A stretch of DNA of 60,843 nucleotides, the filler included, from Sphacelaria rigidula (Eukaryota), in NCBI GenBank assembly GCA_964200075.2. It is 9 parts of 9 records of this genome, joined end to end, with 100 filler letters (N's around TTAATTAATTAA, not from the genome) between each part and the next. Parts side by side here need not be neighbours in the genome. Positions count along the whole stretch, not along the records: positions 20,317 to 26,988 come from CAXNAA020018717.1; positions 27,089 to 33,760 come from CAXNAA020018718.1; positions 33,861 to 40,532 come from CAXNAA020018719.1; 6 more parts are not named here. One strand, 5' to 3'. The position numbers and the translations under genes are program-made. Position 1 is the stretch's first letter; each line of letters begins with the position of its first letter. Shown here piece by piece: positions 26,040 to 38,900 of this stretch. Below the pieces are notes generated by a model. It made no database searches and was not told the DNA's origin. It saw only the letters and a program-made list of their open reading frames with translations.

Positions 26040-26811
26040 TTGCTTTTTTTTTGTCCTGTTATCCTGTTCTGTTTTGTTCTCCACATTTCCATAATCGTGT
26101 TCTCGTGCTTCGATCCAATTATCCTTGGCCCATGTCACGTCGCCTAGCCGAACCGTGCCCTGCCGTGCCCTGCCGTGCCCTACCTTGACCCGCCTTGCCC
26201 TGTCCTGACTTGTTCGGTATGTCTGCCGATGCAGTTTCCCTACCTTGGTTTTTGGGCATCTTTTGGCGCACGCACCATGTAGCCGACATTTTCTCCTTTG
26301 AGTTTGTTCTTTGGAGTCGTTTATTCGTATATTCGATTTTGTGTATTTAATTGTTTTCGCCGACATGTTTGGAGAAACCCACCCTTTGGCGTGCCGTGTT
26401 TTCATCTCCGTGGGCGTATTATGCTCTTTTTGTCCTACGCCCATTATTATCGAAGAGATATTTGTTGGGAGAAGCCCTGAAAAATTGGAGAGCTCCAAAC
26501 GACCTCTTATTATCGAGTTCTGCAGTTGCTGTTGTTGACATCTCATCACGGACACACTGCTGACCGCATCCTTTGCTCGCCTTTGCCGGCAAAATGAAGT
26601 ACAGGATGATACTGCCTGCCCGTGTGTGACGTTCAAAACTGCGGCAAACATATTTCTCGAAACCTCTCGTGAAACGGGGAGACCGTCAGAAAAGCAAGGG
26701 CTGTCAGAAGGGCAAGGGCGTGACCGACCGGCTCTCTTGTTGTTTTCTGTCTTCCGTGCCATGGCTGGGTGACAACGAGCACTAGATTTCGTGAAACGGG
26801 CTAATATAAGA

Positions 26812-26988
<177 letters not shown>

Positions 26989-27145
26989 NNNNNNNNNNNN
27001 NNNNNNNNNNNNNNNNNNNNNNNNNNNNNNNNTTAATTAATTAANNNNNNNNNNNNNNNNNNNNNNNNNNNNNNNNNNNNNNNNNNNNGACGGAAGAGAA
27101 AAGAAGATAAACGAAGAATGAAAAGGAGAAGGGGATATGGCGCGT

Positions 27146-27176
<31 letters not shown>

Positions 27177-29413
27177 GAGACAAAAATGAAATCGACAGGG
27201 TGAAGGACCCGTACAAACACAAGAGCCTAGGCATATGAGACAAAGGAAGTATATTATGAAAAACACGGTGTGTTATTCCATTACGTGATGAGGTTGATGC
27301 ATCATGATCTCTCGCATGCAGCCTTATTCTGGCGTCTTGCAAGCAAGCCGTTAGCAACAGTGCAGGGAGTAATGGTGACACAACAGCGTCGTATATTTCG
27401 ATAGAATCGATGATATAACATCACGGGAGCGTTGATATACTCCATGAACTAACTCTACGGTACAATGGCGCCTCACTTTAGACAACCATATCTCACGTTA
27501 AACGGCGGTCGAGGTCCAAGAGCTCCATGAGGAGTCCGTCCCTGTCTTGCGGCAAGGCGTAACTTGTTGGACAACATGGCGAAGCCCACCGCGTCGTCCT
27601 TATCGCCTGATCGATGGACACAAGGACATAAGCATGGTACAGATTGCGTTCGTAGACATCATGTTACATTACCCACAGAGAGCTCTGTTCTCTATCCGGA
27701 ATTGTCGCGCGCGTTTCCCACCCACCTTTGTCGACTTTGTAGCATTTACTTAATACTTCCTCTGTGCCATAAGTAAAGGTCCTTATGATTGCACGTTACC
27801 CTTAACGGGGTGATATTTGATTTTCGATCCTTCTATTGCATTCGTCGGCGTTTTTTTTAGCTGAAACTAACATCCTTTCTACAACGTGGGTGCTTGACCC
27901 ATGCAGCCGCGCGGCCGAGAACAAGTAGGTCGGTCCAAAAACGGCCATGTTTCGCTCGTTTTCCTAGGAAAGCGTGAGAGACCCGGGAACACGAAAAATC
28001 GCGAAAAATGGGCCAGAAAAATGTGAAAATCACGAAATTACCATGCATTTTGGACATGTCCGTGATGTTGACCTACGCACGCCCCATCCAACATTTTGTT
28101 TGCATGTAATTACTAGTGCTCGACGTGAAAACGTCCGAAAACGGTCAATGATGGGGTATAAATGGATCAAAAAGTGTCATGTGATCGGGATTTGTAATCT
28201 TCAGCGAATGTTTGAGTACGTTTGAGTGCTTCTACCATGAGAGGCACATGCTATATGATAGAGGTATTTCCGTGCTGAGTTGTTTTTGGTATGATCAACG
28301 GGTACGAGCAGTGTATATCTTGGGCTAAGGAACGAGCGCCCACATGATCAACTGTCAGCTGTATCGTTTCAGAGACGCCAGTGCGTGATGGTCGCTACTT
28401 GTTTGTGACGTGGAAATGTTTAAGCGTGCAACGATGCAGTGTAGACGTATTCAGAGTTGAAGATTGAGTCCAGTGGATTTTAGTCGAGTTATGACTTTGA
28501 GTGAAGACATGTCCGGGGCAGGTCGACAGGTCGATGTAGACGCCCTTTCGCATCACTCTCTCATCGCCCCAAGGCTCCGGCAGTAAAGTGGAGGACTAAT
28601 CGACACTTCGCCCAGCGTCTGATAGACTTCAGCTGTACCCTTCTGTGGTGATTGAGCCTCAGGATACTATAAGTGAGTCTCCCTTGAGTGTACCATATTA
28701 TTATGTCCTGCTCATTTCTCTTTGTTCGTGTCTATTTAATAGCTCCCGCCAGCTGAACCTACAGCCAACTGTAGCCAGCAATTACAACAAGAGAAGTCAT
28801 CGATCCTTGGACATCGTCATCACCTTCCTGCGTCAAGCAGCTACGGTGACAATCCTTTTATTCACTTGACAAAACGGTCAAAATGGGGTATATTTCGACA
28901 TAATTTTAGGGATGAAAACAAGTTTTTTTTTTTCATCAGCTTTATCTGCGCTTTACCTCTCTAACGAACCCAACCATAGGATGATCGTCAACGTTGAAAT
29001 ACGCAAACGATTGAACGCCCATAAGGACCTTTACTTATGGCACAGAGGAAGTGCACAGATACATATGCCGCAAAACGTCCCGGCTCTTGGAGTACTTTCA
29101 AGTAACCTTCCGAGCGATCTCATTATGCTATCGGCCATTGGTTCACTCATGTCTTGAATATTGTGGGCTTCAATATTTTAGACCCGAGCCTACTATCGAA
29201 AGCCTTCCAAGTACAACAATGTTTTGTAGAGATAGCGTGTGACAAACAGTAGTGCCAATGACCATATGATACCAGATAACGGTACATCTTACCAGTTTGA
29301 GGGGTATACCATCTCATCTATAGGTAATTACATAATAGCCCCTGGGCCACGGTGTGTAGCCCTTATTTGGTCATTGCTTTTACACATCCTCATATATACA
29401 TATGAGGTTTTGT

Positions 29414-29532
29414 TTGACCCTTTTGGAAGCCATCGACGATTTTGTTTTTATGAATCGGCATCATTTTCAGTCAAGTCAAAATGATGCCGATTCACAAAAA
29501 CAAGAATCGTCGGTGGGTTGCAAGAGGGTTAA
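29414..29532. mobile_element. Palindromic piggyBac-like MITE (~115 bp)
   Basis: TTGA-CCC...tgaatcggcatcatttt / aaaatgatgccgattca...GGG-TTAA. Confidence 0.75.
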
Positions 29533-31361
29533 GCGGATGAACGGGTGTATGCTCATGTGCTCAGCTTCGGTACGCGCACCGTATGGTTCTCCATCTGCAG
29601 GGTCATTCTTGAGTGTGCGGCTTTCCTCTGCATGTGAAGGAAAGAGGGTAAATGGTGAGCAGGAAGCTTTGCGGCGTAGGGTTCATCAGAGGGGCAGAGA
29701 CCTCACGGACTTATGTGAAAGTTCTAATCTAATAGCTTCAATGCGTTTGAGTCGTCCACGCTGTTTGATCCCACGATCATGAATGCTCCGGGTGATACGA
29801 ACGAGCTGGGCATGTTGAAACAGACGGCTTGGGCTCATCCCGCTGTACTCTGGCGGTTGTATAATAGGTAATGGAAGGTACATGGATATTTGTACGAGTA
29901 CGCGTGGTACGTCGAAACTGGCCGGTACCGAGCAGCAAATCTTGCCAGCTATGTCGTCAAACTTTGGCCGCTCATGGGTGAACGATCGTAGACAGCTAAA
30001 ACAAGCACATTTCAATCTTCGCCATATCACTCCAATTTCAGTGTTCTTGATCCTGCACCATCTTGCGCGAGAGCTGGTGGAGAAAGTATAGCTCAGCACA
30101 CGACGAGCATTGAAGACGACATGCAAGGTCACGTGTATACCATGCTCACCAACGCCGAACACCGTGGGCTTGAAGTATTTGTGACACGAGACAGTCCAGG
30201 TGAGCTTGATTTTCATTTCTTGCCAAGTGCCATGCACGCCGACATCAGCCAGCAGTATTTTTTGCGTACAGGCTCCCCTTCTGCACTGTAGCATACTGAT
30301 CCCCAAATCCTCATCGGTGCTGCTGTTGCTCTGTACGAGACGTTTGCGAGAGTACAACACAAAGCGGGTAAGGCTTCACCACAGGAAGCATGCAGTACAA
30401 CTGCAGTATGGTGCATGCGTACAGTACACATGTTCGCTTCTCGCACTAATTTTACCGTAGCTTCATCGATCTCCTCCCCCACGAGACCGTGGTTTTGAAC
30501 CCAAGTTCATTTCACGACGCTCGCACCTGAGGCACCCCTTATTCTAAGCGGCATGAGGGTGGGGGGGTCTGGGGGTTGGGGAGTTGGTCAGGCACCAGGG
30601 AATCACTTGATATTTTTGTGAAATCGAACAATCACTAATGTAGCCTTTAACTTGGGGATTAAGTTACTCGGCTTTAGTGTAAGGTCAACAACTACTTGGT
30701 TTTTTTCTAAATCTTCTGATATTACTTGATTTCAGTGTGGTGATTGGAGCCAGAGAGTACATACCACGAGGCGCACAAACATGAACAGCGAGGGCTGCAG
30801 ACCCCAGTGTACTTAGATTGTGGGGGATCATCGAGGGACGCCACTCCTGCACTAGAACCTGACGTATCGACGAAGTGAAGGGCCTCCAGCTTCTGTCGAG
30901 GAAACCGGTTTGCCTGTAAACATTAGCTCTGTCTCGCTGCCACGTACGAGATGTGTGTATAGCGTACTTCTAAGTTTCAACTCCCTTGTGGTATTATTAC
31001 CGCATTTTTTTGGAATAGTCCCACAGAGCTTTTTGCTTTTCGGGTACATTTTTCTCGAGCCCCTGCTGCAAAACAAGGAACGCCTTCACGGTACGATGTT
31101 ACCCCGCTGCTTGCAACGCGTATCTTTTCCCTATTTTGTTCGTTGCGTGACGTGCTTCAACGCGTGAAACGTTTATCAAAACATTTGTACCTACAACCCA
31201 CCCGTGGCGTCGAGGTACGAGAGCGGGAGAGGTTCGTTTCCAACCCTACTCGTTTGAGCTCGCCTAACTGGAACGTCTCTGTTTTGGGTTATACTCGAAC
31301 CATCTTTATTTAAGCTGCCAGCCCCCCGGTTTTGTGCCTGCATTCAAATACAACGCTCAGC

Positions 31362-31605
31362 AGTGGAGAGCGACTAAGTCGTGGGTACACGATATTCGAC
31401 TCAATGGTCGACGAGGGAAAGGGATTGCTGGACCGCTCTCGCGGCCAAAAATAAAGGCAAGCACCGCAGAAGGAAGGTGGGAGAATTGAAACAAGAAAAG
31501 AAAAACCTCCTGTCCTGGCCTTCCTCCTGTGTGACCCCGGCTGGTGCGCCCACGTATACCCAAAGGTGTAGACCGGCGTCCAGAATGAATAGGACAGCAC
31601 ACACA
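31362..31605 (+). mobile_element. 5'-truncated copy of tRNA-derived SINE
   Basis: Collinear with 35673-35928 (agtggagagcgacta.gtcgtgggtacac...gcaccgcagaaggaaggtgg...ggcgtccagaat). Confidence 0.85.
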
Positions 31606-32451
31606 TTCAATGTTATGAATGGCTGTATTTTGAATCGGCACGAAAACAATATACCGCAAAAGGCTGACGCATGACTCGTGAAGTAATTGAGGTCAACAGG
31701 CGAGTGTCGACGCATCATACATGTGGCACGGCGGGTTTTTGCAACATCTACAATCTACACCCAACGGAAACTAGGCATGGAGCGCTCAGCCTTCACGATA
31801 ATTCTAGACAGTAGAACGTTTCGGCTCTACTCCGTGGTATTCGAATCTGCTACAGAGCAGAGACCTCCGTGCAGATTAGACGCGTACACACCCGTCGTCC
31901 GCCGCAAAAATCAACGAACGCTCCGATCAAAGGGGAGATGCTGTCACACAAGTGACATCGTGTATCGACAGCTTTGATCCCTTCTTTTTTTTTCAATTGC
32001 CTTGGGTTCAGACTTGCTTCCTTGCTTAGAACAGCCCGCAATGTGTGACCCAAATTTGACGACAAAAAATGGTGCCCTTCGCCACCGCCCGAGAGGTGAG
32101 GTTCCCCGTTTGTGATGATAACGCCTACAGGACTCGCACGACATCACGCGCAGTGATTCTGGGCGTTCGTTGTACGATGCCTTGTACGCGGCAGATTCCA
32201 CACGATTCGTGTCGCAATGGCTTCGAACCTGCCGCATTCATGTATATATATATATATATATATATGGTGTATGTCAGCGAGACTTTCAGAACGTTCATCG
32301 CTGGAAATGTCCGGTGCGAGACATGTGTGTAGCATTTCCTGTTACTTTTCTGGATTGGTCATTTAACTGATCGATTTGATTGATTTTCACCCTTTTTGGA
32401 CAAAGCCCAGCACCAGGACAGTCGTGTAAAGGTTTGTGAACCCCCTCGTGG

Positions 32452-32531
32452 CCTCCGTCCCGTAAGGGATGCGTGGTCAAAGGTCAAACGACTAAGGCAA
32501 GCAATAAATGAGTACACCCCCCCCCCCCCCT
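32452..32531 (+). mobile_element. 80-bp truncated poly-C-tailed LINE insertion with 8-bp TSD
   Basis: TSD cctcgtgg at 32444-32451 and 32532-32539. Confidence 0.8.
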
Positions 32532-32689
32532 CCTCGTGGTCTTCTGCAATTCGTAATAATATCGAATATCGAGGAATCTCCTCGCTTTGGGGCCGTTTCA
32601 ATACGCCTCAACAAATACCGAATTGATTGTTGATCGATATCGGAGGCGTTATAGAAGACTATCCTTGCGTCGCAATACATATATATATT

Positions 32690-32905
32690 ATTAATAGAGA
32701 GTTTCGGAAAACGTTTTTTCGTCACTTCAGAGTGGAAATATCTTAGGATCAGAGTGGATGGAAAAATTATTTTCCCTCTCCGTCAAATATGATATCCCCT
32801 TTACTTTTTTTTCGATAAGGTGTTTTTTTATTTATTCTGCACTCTGATCCTGAGATATTTGCGCTGGGAAATGACAAAAAGGCGTTTCCCGAAACTCCCT
32901 ATTCT
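32690..32905. mobile_element. Palindromic MITE-like element
   Basis: gagtttcggaaaacg...aatatcttaggatcagagtg vs cactctgatcctgagatatt...cgtttcccgaaactc. Confidence 0.7.
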
Positions 32906-32984
32906 ACGGATATTTATACATATATCGACTTTTTCTGTCACTTTTTTTGCTTCAGCGAGTGTTTCAGTTTCGTTTTGTCTTGGG

Positions 32985-33064
32985 TACGTCTATCATGTGA
33001 CCATGGCTGGATCATGACTCCTGGGGGGTCGGTTAAAGTGCGACAATCTATCAATCAATCAATC
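32985..33064 (+). mobile_element. Retroposon 3' end with (AATC)n tail (related piece at ~19135-19195)
   Basis: tgacca.ggctggatcatgactc is shared with 19139; tail tcaatcaatcaatc. Confidence 0.55.
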
Positions 33065-33102
33065 GAGCATATATGCGGGTGCGTGCACTAATTATCTCAA
33101 GG

Positions 33103-33357
33103 GACACTTCCTACGATAGCCCCCCCCCCAAAGAAGTGCATGGTTTTGGGAGGCAAAATCTTCACGTAAATCGGAATGAAGAAAACCGTGCACAACGAGC
33201 AGCTGGGAATGCCCACGCTTGGGTTCGATCTAGCCAATGTCGCCAATATGAGGCACGTTATGCAGACTGAACCCAAACATCGGGCGCTGGATGGTCAATT
33301 TTTTCGTGACACTTTTGGGCTGGTTTTTTGGGGGGGGGGGGAATCGTAGAAGATGTC
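33103..33357. mobile_element. Second copy (opposite orientation) of the ctacgatag-polyC TIR MITE
   Basis: gacacttcctacgatagcccc...gggggaatcgtagaagatgtc; the internal gtgacacttttgggctg is the reverse complement of 23505-23522. Confidence 0.8.
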
Positions 33358-35562
33358 AGGGGCAGAGAATGTGTTATATTGGACGAGTGTCTGGTGTTTC
33401 GTTGTGGTGGGTGGGTTGGGTTGAGATGGTTTTATATTGTTTTTCGGGGGAGGGGGGTTGGACAGGGGGGAAGGGTTGGGCTGGTTTATTTGTTTCCGTT
33501 GGGGGTTTTAACAAGGAGGGAAAGACAGTGTAGTGTAGAAAAAAACATAATGCAAGACAGGTGTATACATATACTATTGGGTGGGTGTTTGGTATTTGCA
33601 TAGTATGGTTGGGATGGATTGCCATGTTGACCGTTCAGTTGGGGTGGCCCGGTTGAAATGGGGCTTTGGTTGTTTTAGGGCTTGTTGGCAACAGGAAAGA
33701 CAACATAATTTAGCGGGGGAAGGCAGACGGAAGAACATATTCAAATTGTGCGGGGTGGGGNNNNNNNNNNNNNNNNNNNNNNNNNNNNNNNNNNNNNNNN
33801 NNNNTTAATTAATTAANNNNNNNNNNNNNNNNNNNNNNNNNNNNNNNNNNNNNNNNNNNNCGCGTTACTGGCCATTTTTTGTACCTTTCTTGGGCAAAAA
33901 ACGAGAAGGTATACCTTTTCAAGTCCATTGCTCTAATAATCATATAATAACAGGCAAAGTCCTAGGCAAATTCAAAACTACCTGGCTCACTATATACAGT
34001 AAATTTGCACAGGCGCTGTCGATATCGTGGGCCGGTATTACGCATTGCATATCTGTGTGCTTGACCTCAAGCACACGCACGTCGGTGCGAAACCCCGCTT
34101 CCGAGACTCAATGCAAACTTTAGCGGGCGATCGATTGTTGAACAATTATTCACCGCGCAAGGTACATGTTGCTTTTGCGTCTATCAGAGGTTGTGATGAA
34201 AGGTATCAAACATGCGCAACGTGCCATTGCAATTTCTGTCCAGCGAATGCCCGGACGGCAGATTCGTATTTCATGCCAAAACACATATTGTGTGTTCGCG
34301 AAATCCCAGCTTCGCCTCTTTGAATGCTCGTCGAGAAGGCAACACGTTTCTTACTCGAATTTACTAGATTTAGGGTGCAGACACGAGGTCAGGGCTGCTT
34401 CGAGCATGGAGGGTGTGCGTTAAGTTTGAAGGCCGCTCGTCCGACTGTCGCCAACCTCACGACGGGAGCGCAGTGCTGCATGGGTGCATAGTCGTGAACA
34501 GTCTTGGCGTCCTACACACGGCACCATCTGCATGACCGGGGAGGCAACAGGCGGGCATAGCCTAATGTCTCAACATCCGTGGAATGTGCAGCTGGATGTG
34601 TAGCTAGACGTGTAATTGTGGCATGGTCGTGCGGGGATGGTGGCGTGAATGTTGCTGAGACGCTAGCGAAAAAGCCATATCTTTGTCTGAGCCCCACTAT
34701 GCGCGACGCTACTCTACTCTGAGTTGTGGTGACTACCTCCGCGTACAGAATTCAAAATGTGCTCAGCATTGTGTCCACCCCAAGCGCGCGTCGATTTTCC
34801 GACAACCCCGACGGCGCTCCTACGAACACTAGATGTGCTAGCAGTGCCTCATTCCCTGCACGAACAACTCGTGTCGGAGCAATGCGTCATTCCTGATGCC
34901 GAATATTACATGCTTCAGCGGGTTGATTCGGCGAAGAGCAGAGACAGCACCATGAGTTTGCGATGGCACGTGGTTCGAGACTGCGGCGGTTGCATCGCTG
35001 CACAACCTCGATTATAGCACGATTCTAACAGTTCAGCCAGCAAAATATATGTGGGTTTGTACGTAGTGTTGCTTGGGTTTGTCATGTATCTCGGAAGCCT
35101 GCAACGGCTTCGACAGAGTCGACAGCTCATAAGTCGCAATTCTGTGTAGCTTCACTGCCGATATCAGCGCCATTATATCCGCCTGTAGATGACCGTGACT
35201 CCGTACAACGTTGTTGGCTTGCCTTGCTTCGTGGAGATGCACAGGCTGTCTGTGCCGGACTCGTATGTGTCAAAACCAGTAAAATGCCAAGTGTTTGCAA
35301 ATTGCCATAGTTTACAACTATTTCGACCGGTCGCGCAGCAATTGTAGCGGCCTCTTGTCGGTGTGGCTGAGATAGAGAGAGTGGTTATCTCTGTGCGTGC
35401 ACGGAGATGTGGTTCGGTTTGCGGTTGTGTATGCTTCATCTGAACAAATTGTGCGCACAGTAGCCGTTTCTCTGCGAAATATAACGCCAGCGGTACAGTT
35501 GAGAAATTGGACGGGCGGGTGCACAACTGTTGCAAAAATTGACAAATTTTGTAAGGATTTTT

Positions 35563-35928
35563 GTCACTCCAGTGGCTCAGTTGGTAACCCCGAAACCTTG
35601 TGATGGCTGGGTCGTGGGTTCGAATCTCGGCGTAGTCACACGACCTGGGATCTTTCTCACACTATGCCCAAGAGTGGAGAGCGACTACGTCGTGGGTACA
35701 CAAAACTTCGACTTCACGGTCGACGAGGGAAAGGGACCGCTGAAGCCCTCTGGCGATCAAAAAAATAAGACTAGCACCGCAGAAGGAAGGTGGAGTACTA
35801 AAAACAAACGAAAAAGAAAAGGCTCCGATGTTGCTCTCTCTCCTGTGTGACCCCGGCTGATGCGCCCACACATACCAAAAGGTGTAGACTGGCGTCCAGA
35901 ATAGATGGGATGACAACACAACACACAC
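35563..35928 (+). mobile_element. Full-length tRNA-derived SINE (~365 bp)
   Basis: Pol III A box TGGCTCAGTTGG (35573-35584) and B box GGTTCGAATCT (35617-35627); body shared with two other contigs; CA-rich tail. Confidence 0.85.
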
Positions 35929-38900
35929 TTTTGCGTTGTACGGCTTTGAAAGTCCTGAAGAATAATGAGCTTCCGTTTCACTGATGTTGAGAACAAGACA
36001 CGGCAAAGCAAAAGCATGTAGCACGGTAAATGCACAGCACACACTAACACTTGCTTTGCGTTTGCTTTTGAGCTCGCCTCATCATGCTGTTCAGGCCTTG
36101 CCTTTGTGTCTCCTTTCCGGAAAGAATAACGTGCTGCGCGTCCAGCTGCTTGTTTCTGTAACCATTTTCTGGCACAAAGGCTGATTTTGAGCGTTTAATC
36201 GGGCAGGTGCGTGGCAAATGTCTTAAAGGGACGTTTGGGGTGGGGAAGATCGACAAGCCTTTCACCAAGCATCGCGTCTACATAACAGCACCTTCTGCTC
36301 CAACAAAGCACGGTGGAAAGCTGGGAATACATTGGCGAAATCATACGAAGATCGCTAAGCTTCGTTTGTTCGAAGACAAGACAGGTCAATACAGGCCTGT
36401 TATTAATAGCCTACTGATCGCAGACCGATCTGTCTCATGAATGGCGCGAGCAAAAGAGACCATGGTCGTAGTTTCTACACACGTTGACATTTGAAGAAAG
36501 TATTCACGCGCAATGTTTTCCTTGCACAGGGGGCTTCAGTACCTGACCCACGCTCGAAGACCTGAGAAGGGACTTCACCACCCGATCTAACAAGTCCGCC
36601 ATGGACGATCTGTTGTGCAGTGAGGCGTGTCGCGGTAAACGTGCATGGACATCACCGCCCACGGCTGCAGTCGCCGTGGCTCCTCCGGCCGGTGGTTGGT
36701 AGGCCACGAGCGTCTCCTTCAACAACTGGAGTTATGCACATGCAGTAAGCGGTGCGAGCAACAGGAACGATACAAGGTTCGTAACAAATAAGCATGCGCA
36801 TACAGGCTGAGAAGTTTCCCGGCGGATGGCCCCACCAAATCAACGTTGCTACACACACCGCGTTTCAATCTGTATCGCTGGAATCTGTTTGTTCTCGCCA
36901 ATTTCGGGAGGTAGGTACTCCTTGGAGCCGCGGGAAGATTCTGGGGTGTATGTTCTTTTTTAATATCTTAAAGCTTCTTGATAAAACATAACAAATTATG
37001 TGGAGGGATGCGCTGGATCGTTGTGGTGGAATAAAACCATGGCCGGGAGGCGACCTGAACCCCGCAGCGCGAGATGCCTCAGATCTATCCTACAGGATAC
37101 GGATCACCGGTGGATATATCACTAGAAATATGTTGACAACTATTTCACCATCAACAGCAATACCATTTGGCGTGTGCAGGGGAATGGAGACCACGAGTTT
37201 TACGGCATGTCATCGTTCGGGGTGGTGCTCGCAAACGGAGAGAAACTGCTCAGCCATAGTATAGCGTAGAGCTTATCAGTATTTCAGGGCAGCCGTCCTT
37301 ATTTTCCACACCCTAGACGAATATGGTTAATAGTTTCAATAGACAAAAAATGTACTGCGTCAAGTGTAGGCCTGTCCTTTACGCAGTATACATCTATTGC
37401 AACTATTCACCATATTTGTCCAGGGTGCGCTATTTCCGATGGGCGATCTCGGGCCCAAAGGGTTAACGTCGCGCTGCGGACGTCGCGATCTCAAGTCTTC
37501 AACAAGATTGAGAAATAGGTCGATCATGTCGAGACGTATGCTAGGACATCCTTGTGTCTTCATTTTGAACCACAAACCGGGGACGTCGGGGCAAAACTCT
37601 CGGTAAGCAGCGACGAGGCAGCGATTCAAATATTCAACCCCCGTCGTTCGAGTTTTATTCTGCGTCACGATCCGTTGTGTTTCGTTGTGTTCATTCGTCT
37701 TCATTTGTTATGCAGCTTGCGCACGCGCCCACTACGGGCGTGCGGTGTGTTAATCGCCCCGCAAGTATCTTTTTTGTGTGCGGTGTATTTCATCGAGGGC
37801 GTGATCTTCGGTCTCCAGTCCGTAGGGAGATAAAAAAGAAGCGCTGGAGACGTTCTTAGGCCATTCGATGTTCTGCCGTACGGTGACGTGGACGGTGGCT
37901 TTGGAGGTCCGAGAGTGGTCAAAAGTGGGTACATTTGAAACACATTTGGGGGACAAAATGGGCATGACGGGGGAAAAGATGACAGCAGCATATGTTGGAG
38001 GGTATACACACCTGGTTGTCAGACAAAAGGCGATGCCCTGTGAGGCCCTTGTGCTCGGCGGTTCTGTTTGACCCTAAATCGCACCCGAGAGTTCGCGAAA
38101 GTTGGTGTACATGCCCTGCATGGGCTGTGGGCATGTTGCCTTAGCTTGGGGGTTGAATTTTGAGTGGTTTGGGCCGAGCACAGGCAGCTCCCGCAGTTGT
38201 GTTGTATCTGTCTCCATTTTGTCTGAAAATCCGGTGATTATGTTCAATTATTTCCATTTCCGTTTGCTTTTATACCACCCCCCAATTCGCATCATTTCAG
38301 TAACAACAGTATGGCAATAGTATGGAGTATGATAACCGGAAACCGGCGGAAATTGGTTGCAAATTGGCGCAACATTGGCCGCAAGCTGGTTCGAAAACAC
38401 CAAAAATCTAGGTATTGCGGTGTGTATCACTCCTAACCTCGTTGGCTACTTTTGTGGGGCCGCATGGACGCATTTTACCTCTGCTCCGATACTACCCCAC
38501 CTCATGACACCTGCCCTCTGAGCGGCCACCAGCTTCTACACACAAAAACTGCATGGTACAGTATGGCACAGCCACTGCAATCACTGCAGCAGTACAACTG
38601 GGGATAGCTTTGATGGCTTGGTGTGAGCGATGTTCGTTGCACGTCTCCTTCTCGCAATGCTGTATTCTGTGATACGATGGGCATGTTGCGCTGATGAGCG
38701 AGGACGCTTTACTCAACAGTATACCCGTAGATGATCCGTTTGACACCATAGTGCAGCACCTAAATGTATGTACAGATGGTATACTAAAAACCATTGCTAT
38801 TTGCAAAGCGCGTGCCCTACTTCCGGGAATGCTGGCGCCAAGGCACTGCTCCCACGTCAAATATGTCAGCACCGAAGAAAGCAAAATTCTCCCGCCACTC

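Noticed and set aside
35563..35640. Functional tRNA gene
   Set aside because: The acceptor and anticodon stems pair poorly, there is no poly-T terminator directly after it, and it is fused to a multicopy body, so it is a SINE head.
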